This document shows positions 59,143 through 64,000 of a stretch of DNA of 64,000 nucleotides, one piece after another. A program made the translations under genes and the position numbers. The stretch is taken from NCBI GenBank assembly GCA_012719395.1, contig JAAYAL010000035.1:6084-70083 (forward strand), given 5' to 3'. Under the pieces are notes generated by a model, which saw only the letters and a list, made by a program, of their open reading frames with translations, was not told where the DNA came from and did no database searches. The stretch is from Gaiellales bacterium. GTDB lineage: Bacteria; Actinomycetota; Thermoleophilia; RBG-16-64-13. Each line of letters starts with the position of its first letter. Positions within the stretch are counted from its first letter, which is position 1.

Positions 59143-61897
59143 GCCTCCGTCCGAGGGTCGTAACGGAGAGCGCCGTGCACGTGCGCGGCGCGCATCGCCC
59201 GCCAAGAGAGTCATGCGCTCCCTGCAGGAACGTGCCAAGGAGCTCAACTGTCTCTATCGGGTGGAGGAGGTACTGAGCAAGCCGGACCTGCCGGTGGAGA
59301 AGGCTCTGCAGGAGATCATCGAGGCTCTGCCGGCCGGGCTGCAGTACCCGGAGCCCTCGCAGGCTCTGATCCGTTTGGACAGTCGGGAGTACAGCTCCTC
59401 GGGCTACGGCGTGAGCCCCTGGCGCGTGGCGGTTCCTCTGCGGCGTGGGCGCGAGGTGGTGGGCGAGATTGAGGTCTCGTACTCGCAGCAGGTGCCCCAG
59501 GCCGACAGCGGGCCGTTCCTGCGGGAAGAGGTGCGCCTGGTCAACGCCATCGCCGACAGGCTGGGCATCTACCTGGAGAGGCGTGCTCCGGGGCCGGCCT
59601 CTGAACAGTGGAGAGGCGCGATCAACCTTCTGCGGGAGGCGGACCGTGATCTCTTCGTTCGTGTGGCGCGGCGCATGATCCGTCATCTGTACTGGGTGAA
59701 CGTGGAGGATGCCCGCGAGGTGCTCGAGCGCACCGGGCACCGGCAGGTCTCGGACGCCGAGGGAGCAGGATGGTCTGAGAACCGGCCGGAGGAGAAGGCC
59801 ACCTGGGACGACGCCTACTACATGACCAATGCGCCCTTTGATCTGGCTGCACGTCACCTGAGCGGCGATGAGATCCTTCACCTGGTGCAGACCTGGATGG
59901 CGGAGGAGAGGTCCAGCCTGTTGGCCAAGATCGTCAGCAACCGGCAGACCTCGATCGTGGATATCACCCGGGCCTTACGACGGTACAAAGAGCAGATGCC
60001 GGATGAGGGCCGTCTGCCCGCCGTTGCCCAGAAGGGCACGGTGGTGTCGTTGATCCGGCGCTTTCTCAGTGAAGACCTGGAGTTCATTGGCAAGGCCAAG
60101 AGGAATCTGAAGGCCACCGACTTCCTGGAAATCACCGAGAAGACCGTGTACTCGCGGGAGAGCCGGGGGAGGATCGGGGGCAAGAGCACGGGACTCTTCC
60201 TGGCCGGCAGGATCATGGGGCCCAACCAGCACCTGCTGCAGGGCGATTTCGAGATCAAGGTGCCCAACTCTTGGTATGTTGCTTCCGAGAGCATCGTGGA
60301 GTTCATGGAGCACAACGACCTCCATGACTGGACGCTGGAACAGAAGTACAAGGACTCCGACCGTATCCGGCGCGAGTACCCCATACTGGTGCAGTTGTTC
60401 AAACACTCCCAGTTTCCCCCCGACCTGGTCACCGGCCTGTCCATGGCGCTGGATGATTTTCAGAACCGACCCATCATCGCGCGCAGCTCCAGCCTGGGAG
60501 AGGACAGGCAGGGCACCGCTTTCTCCGGCAAGTACAAGAGCCTCTTCTTGGCCAACCAGGGGTCCAAGAAGGTCCGTCTGGATGCGCTGCTGGATGCCAT
60601 TGCCGAGATCTACGCCTCTATCTTCGGCCCCGATCCTATCGAGTACCGGCGCGAGCGAGGTCTCCTCGACTTCGACGAGGAGATGGGGATTCTGCTGCAG
60701 GAGGTGGTCGGCACCCGCGTGGGGCATTACTACTTCCCTACCTTCTCCGGGGTGGCTTTCACCAACAACGAGTTCAGTTGGTCGCCGCGTATCGCGCGCA
60801 GCGATGGGTTGCTGCGACTGGTGCCCGGGCTTGGGACCAGGGCGGTGGACAGGGTGGGCGATGACTATCCTGTCCTCATCGCGCCCGGCAAACCCGGGTT
60901 GCGCGCCAACGCATCGCTGGACGAGAAAATCAAATATGCACCGCGCATGATCGATGTCATGGATCTGGAAGTGGGATCCTTCAAGACGCTCTCACTGGAA
61001 GGGCTGTTGAAGGAGGAGGGCCTTTCCTATCCCGACTTCCGACTGGTGTTCTCCACGCTACAGCGTGACCGGTTGGTACCGCCGTCGCCGGTGCTGGCGG
61101 ATCCGCGTCGGGAGAATATGGTTGCCACTTTCGAGGGGTTGCTGGGCAGCACCACTTTCGTGAAGCAGATCTCCACGCTGATGCGGTTGCTGGAGGAGGG
61201 TCTGGAGTCGGCGGTTGACGTGGAGTTCGCGTGTGAGGGGCGCAGTCTCTATGTGCTGCAGTGTCGCGCGCAGAGCTACGCGGCCAACGAGGCGCCGGCG
61301 CCCATCCCCTCCGACATCGCAGAGGCGGACGTCCTCTTTCGAGGCCACAAGCACATCAGCAACGGCACGCTCCCCGATATCCGCTACGTGGTGTACGTGG
61401 ATCCGCTCGCCTATGCCGGCCTGGCAAGCTTGGCGGAGCTCAAGGCGGTGGGTGAGGCCGTGGGCCGGCTCAACCAAACGCTGCCGCACCGTCGCTTCAT
61501 CCTCATGGGCCCCGGTCGCTGGGGGAGCCGGGGCGACATCAAACTAGGGGTCAGCGTCACCTACTCCGACATCAACAACACCGCCATGCTCGTGGAGATC
61601 GCCCGCCGGAAGGCCGGTTACTCCCCCGACCTCTCCTTCGGCACCCATTTCTTCCAGGATCTGGTGGAGTCATCCATTCGCTACCTCCCCCTCTACCCGG
61701 ATGAGGACCAAGGTGTGCTGAACGAGCGGCTGCTGCTGGAGGCGCCCAACCAACTCGCCACCTTCGCGTCGGCATTCGCGGCGCTGGGACGCGTGGTGCG
61801 GGTGGTCGACATTGCCGAAGTCACGGGGGGAGGGCGGCTGCGGGTGGCCATGAATGGAGAGCGGCAGGAGGCACTGGGCTACCTGGTGCGCGTTTGA
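59135..61897 (+). CDS. PEP/pyruvate-binding (PPDK_N-like) domain protein, paralog 2, with ~400-aa N-terminal extension
   Basis: The motifs GRIGGKSTGLF and IIARSSSLGEDRQGTAFSGKY are present. The C-terminal block GPGRWGSRGD...SFGTHFFQDLV is paralogous to the upstream gene. The ATG at 59135 overlaps the upstream stop (ATGGCTAG). The track ORF starts at 59057. Confidence 0.65.
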   Translation: MARPPSEGRNGERRARARRASPAKRVMRSLQERAKELNCLYRVEEVLSKPDLPVEKALQEIIEALPAGLQYPEPSQALIRLDSREYSSSGYGVSPWRVAVPLRRGREVVGEIEVSYSQQVPQADSGPFLREEVRLVNAIADRLGIYLERRAPGPASEQWRGAINLLREADRDLFVRVARRMIRHLYWVNVEDAREVLERTGHRQVSDAEGAGWSENRPEEKATWDDAYYMTNAPFDLAARHLSGDEILHLVQTWMAEERSSLLAKIVSNRQTSIVDITRALRRYKEQMPDEGRLPAVAQKGTVVSLIRRFLSEDLEFIGKAKRNLKATDFLEITEKTVYSRESRGRIGGKSTGLFLAGRIMGPNQHLLQGDFEIKVPNSWYVASESIVEFMEHNDLHDWTLEQKYKDSDRIRREYPILVQLFKHSQFPPDLVTGLSMALDDFQNRPIIARSSSLGEDRQGTAFSGKYKSLFLANQGSKKVRLDALLDAIAEIYASIFGPDPIEYRRERGLLDFDEEMGILLQEVVGTRVGHYYFPTFSGVAFTNNEFSWSPRIARSDGLLRLVPGLGTRAVDRVGDDYPVLIAPGKPGLRANASLDEKIKYAPRMIDVMDLEVGSFKTLSLEGLLKEEGLSYPDFRLVFSTLQRDRLVPPSPVLADPRRENMVATFEGLLGSTTFVKQISTLMRLLEEGLESAVDVEFACEGRSLYVLQCRAQSYAANEAPAPIPSDIAEADVLFRGHKHISNGTLPDIRYVVYVDPLAYAGLASLAELKAVGEAVGRLNQTLPHRRFILMGPGRWGSRGDIKLGVSVTYSDINNTAMLVEIARRKAGYSPDLSFGTHFFQDLVESSIRYLPLYPDEDQGVLNERLLLEAPNQLATFASAFAALGRVVRVVDIAEVTGGGRLRVAMNGERQEALGYLVRV

Positions 61898-62057
61898 AGC
61901 CCCGGTCCTGGAGCAAGGGTCCGCATGGCGGTCGCTTTCGCACGGGCGGGCAGTCGTGCTATAGCTTGAAAGAGAGGGTCGGGCGGCAGAGCCGGGCTCT
62001 CGTGCTCGTCCCACGCATCCACCGGTCCTGACAAGTCAGTGCGGCAGGGGAGGGCGT

Positions 62058-63482
62058 ATGAGTCAGCACAGGCCGAGGGCCGTGGCCCTCATTGACGGCG
62101 AACACTATCCGGATGTGGTGGCTCAATCTCTGCGGAGCCTGAGTGATCGCTACCAGATGGTGGCGGCGGTATTCCTGGGAGGTACGGAGAAGATCCGGGG
62201 AACGGACCTGGGGGCGGTGGCGCAGGAACTGTACGGCCTCCCCGTGGTGATTGGAGCCGAACCGTTGGCGGCAATGGAGCAGGCCCTGTCGCAGTACGAA
62301 CCGGACTGTGTCGTTGACGTCAGCGACGAGCCGGTGGTAGGATACGCAGAGCGGTTCCGGTACGCCAGCTTCGCGCTTGCCCGGGGCGTCGCCTATTTGG
62401 GTTCTGACTTCCGCTTCTCACCCCCGCTATTTGAGCACCTCGCGTCGGCGCCCTCGCTTTCCATCATTGGAACGGCGAAACGGGTGGGTAAGACGGCCCT
62501 GAGCGGGTATGTCGCGCGTGTGCTGCAACGAGAGCTGTTCGGTGGGGAAGGTTCGGGACGAGGGGTCGTCATTGTGCCCATGGGTCGAGGTGGCCCGGTG
62601 GAGCCTGAGACCATCGACGGCCTGCAGCGCCAGATATCATCCCGTGAACTGCTGGCCTGGAGCAGGCAAGGTCGCCACGCGGCTTCGGATCACTTTGAAG
62701 ACGCGGTGCTCAGCCGAGTGACCACGGTAGGGTGCCGGCGTTGCGGCGGGGGTCTGGCCGGGCAGGTCTTTGTGAGCAATGTGGCGCAGGGTGTGCGGGT
62801 AGCGAACCGGCTGGATCCGGGTCTGTTGATTGTGGAGGGGAGTGGGAGCGCCATTCCGCCGGTGTATGCGGACGCGCGCATATGCCTGGCTGGGGCGCAC
62901 CAACCGTTGGAGTATGTCGTGGGCTACTTCGGGACCTACCGGCTCCTGGTGAGCGACGCGGTGGTGGTGGCCATGGCGGAGGAGCCTCTGGCCTCCAAGG
63001 AGAAGGTGGAGAGACTTATTGAAGGCATCCGGGAATTGAAGCCCAACATGCCGGTGGTGCCGGTGGTGTTCCGGCCACGGCCGTTGGAGGATGTGCGCGG
63101 CCGCCGGGTGGCGCTGTTCTCCACCACCCCGCCGTCCATGGAATGGGTGGTGCGCCGGCACCTGGAGGCAGAGTATGGCTGCAGCGTGCGCCTGTTCTCA
63201 CCCAATCTCTCTCGCCGCCCTCTGCTGAAGCAGGACCTGGAACGGCAGGAGATGGAGGAGGTGGACGTGGTCTTGACGGAGATCAAGGCTGCGGCCATTG
63301 ACGTGGTGGCGGAGGCGGCGGACTCCAGGGGGCGGCCGGTGGTCTTCGTAGACAACGATCCGGTGGAGGTGGCGCCGGCGCAGCCGGGAGACCTGGTGGC
63401 CATGTGCGTGCAGGCGGCAGCCACGGCCCAAGCACGATTCGCCGCGGGTGCGGGTCGCCATGATGGCGGGTGGGCGCAATGA
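62058..63482 (+). CDS. Cyclic 2,3-diphosphoglycerate synthetase-like protein (P-loop)
   Basis: It is 474 aa with the Walker A motif IIGTAKRVGKTA. Its size and P-loop resemble archaeal cDPGS (~460 aa). Its stop overlaps the start of a 2-phosphoglycerate-kinase-like gene (ATGA), giving archaeal cpgS/pgk2-like pairing. This is called from memory of the family and context, not from a database search. Confidence 0.55.
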   Translation: MSQHRPRAVALIDGEHYPDVVAQSLRSLSDRYQMVAAVFLGGTEKIRGTDLGAVAQELYGLPVVIGAEPLAAMEQALSQYEPDCVVDVSDEPVVGYAERFRYASFALARGVAYLGSDFRFSPPLFEHLASAPSLSIIGTAKRVGKTALSGYVARVLQRELFGGEGSGRGVVIVPMGRGGPVEPETIDGLQRQISSRELLAWSRQGRHAASDHFEDAVLSRVTTVGCRRCGGGLAGQVFVSNVAQGVRVANRLDPGLLIVEGSGSAIPPVYADARICLAGAHQPLEYVVGYFGTYRLLVSDAVVVAMAEEPLASKEKVERLIEGIRELKPNMPVVPVVFRPRPLEDVRGRRVALFSTTPPSMEWVVRRHLEAEYGCSVRLFSPNLSRRPLLKQDLERQEMEEVDVVLTEIKAAAIDVVAEAADSRGRPVVFVDNDPVEVAPAQPGDLVAMCVQAAATAQARFAAGAGRHDGGWAQ

Positions 63483-64000
63483 GCTCCTCCGGCGGCTCAC
63501 CACCTGTGGTCGGCTCCTTCTCTCACGGCTTCCCGGAACACATCCGGATTGTGAGCCAGGAGCACTCGCTCCCGTTCTCCAAAGGCATTCTCTCCGAATC
63601 GCTCACGGCCACCGGCCTCCCGCCGCAGCGCGCCTATGCCGTGGCGCAGTTGGTGGAAGGGAGTCTTCGCCGGAGGGAATCGCTGGAGATAGCCCTGGAT
63701 GACCTGCGGAGCCTGGTGATGGCCAGTCTGGCCGAGAATGAGGAGCCGCTCTTTGTTGATCGGTACCAGAAGTGGCAGGAATTGACCGCATCCAACAGGC
63801 CTCTCATCATCGTGATAGGCGGTGCCACCGGAGTGGGCAAGAGCACGCTGGCCTCGCAGGTAGCGGCTCGGCTGGGCATTGTCCGGCTCATCTCCACCGA
63901 CACCATCCGCCAGGTGATGCGCGCTTTCTTCTCCTCCACACTCATGCCTTCCATCCATTGCTCTTCCTTCGATGCCGAGAAGGCGGTGCGCGTGCCGTTG
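63479..64000 (+). CDS. 2-phosphoglycerate kinase-like protein (ATP-cone + P-loop kinase), 3'-truncated by window edge
   Basis: The N-terminus has an ATP-cone-like segment (IRIVSQEHSLPFSKGILSESLTATGLPPQRAYAVAQLVEGSL). This is followed by IIVIGGATGVGKSTLASQVAARLGIVRLISTDTIRQVMR, which resembles the 2PGK P-loop and STD.IRE motif. Confidence 0.6.
   Translation, partial: MSSSGGSPPVVGSFSHGFPEHIRIVSQEHSLPFSKGILSESLTATGLPPQRAYAVAQLVEGSLRRRESLEIALDDLRSLVMASLAENEEPLFVDRYQKWQELTASNRPLIIVIGGATGVGKSTLASQVAARLGIVRLISTDTIRQVMRAFFSSTLMPSIHCSSFDAEKAVRVPL

Noticed and set aside
1-64000. CRISPR arrays, rRNA genes, transposases/integrases
   Set aside because: No regularly spaced direct repeats, no rRNA-like conserved stretches, and no transposase or integrase-like translations were seen in any frame.

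Overview
This 64-kb window is high-GC (roughly two-thirds G+C), densely coding on both strands, with strong Shine-Dalgarno sites, in a bacterial chromosomal region. Most genes are housekeeping or accessory.

Housekeeping genes supported by the ORF translations:
- An aspS-gatC fusion, then a GatA-like ORF, then gatB.
- A large single-chain purL, argS, mutM (fpg), rlmH, tRNA-Gly(CCC), trxB, hpt, lysA, hom, gdhA and recQ.

Accessory genes:
- Heliorhodopsin, an SLH-domain protein and a CoA-transferase.
- A mobA-mobB fusion, FmdE, a PLP decarboxylase with a STAS protein, and an M29 aminopeptidase.
- A Rieske protein, a nitroreductase and an ABC-2 exporter.
- RmuC, an HDAC-like/hydantoinase/HEAT/DsbA-like operon, a chagasin-type lipoprotein, and a ferritin-flavodoxin pair.

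Observations worth a second look:
1. At the 3' edge, a translationally coupled pair matches the archaeal thermoprotectant pathway for cyclic 2,3-diphosphoglycerate. It is a cDPG-synthetase-like P-loop protein followed by an ATP-cone + P-loop 2-phosphoglycerate-kinase-like protein. Directly upstream are two tandem paralogous PEP-synthase-N-terminal-like (PPDK_N) proteins that lack the PEP/pyruvate C-terminal domain.
2. AspRS carries a C-terminal GatC domain, a covalent transamidosome component. The GatA-like ORF that follows is shortened and has lost two of three catalytic-triad residues.
3. A heliorhodopsin gene is followed by a near-perfect 18-bp terminator hairpin.
4. Gene remnants are present: a Mo-bisPGD enzyme C-terminal fragment, and a LivK-like substrate-binding-protein fragment abutting an amidohydrolase tail.
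5. Two genes have a CTG at the expected initiator position behind a good SD.

No CRISPR array, rRNA or obvious mobile element was seen. Coordinates of hand-refined starts and motifs are approximate (a few nt).
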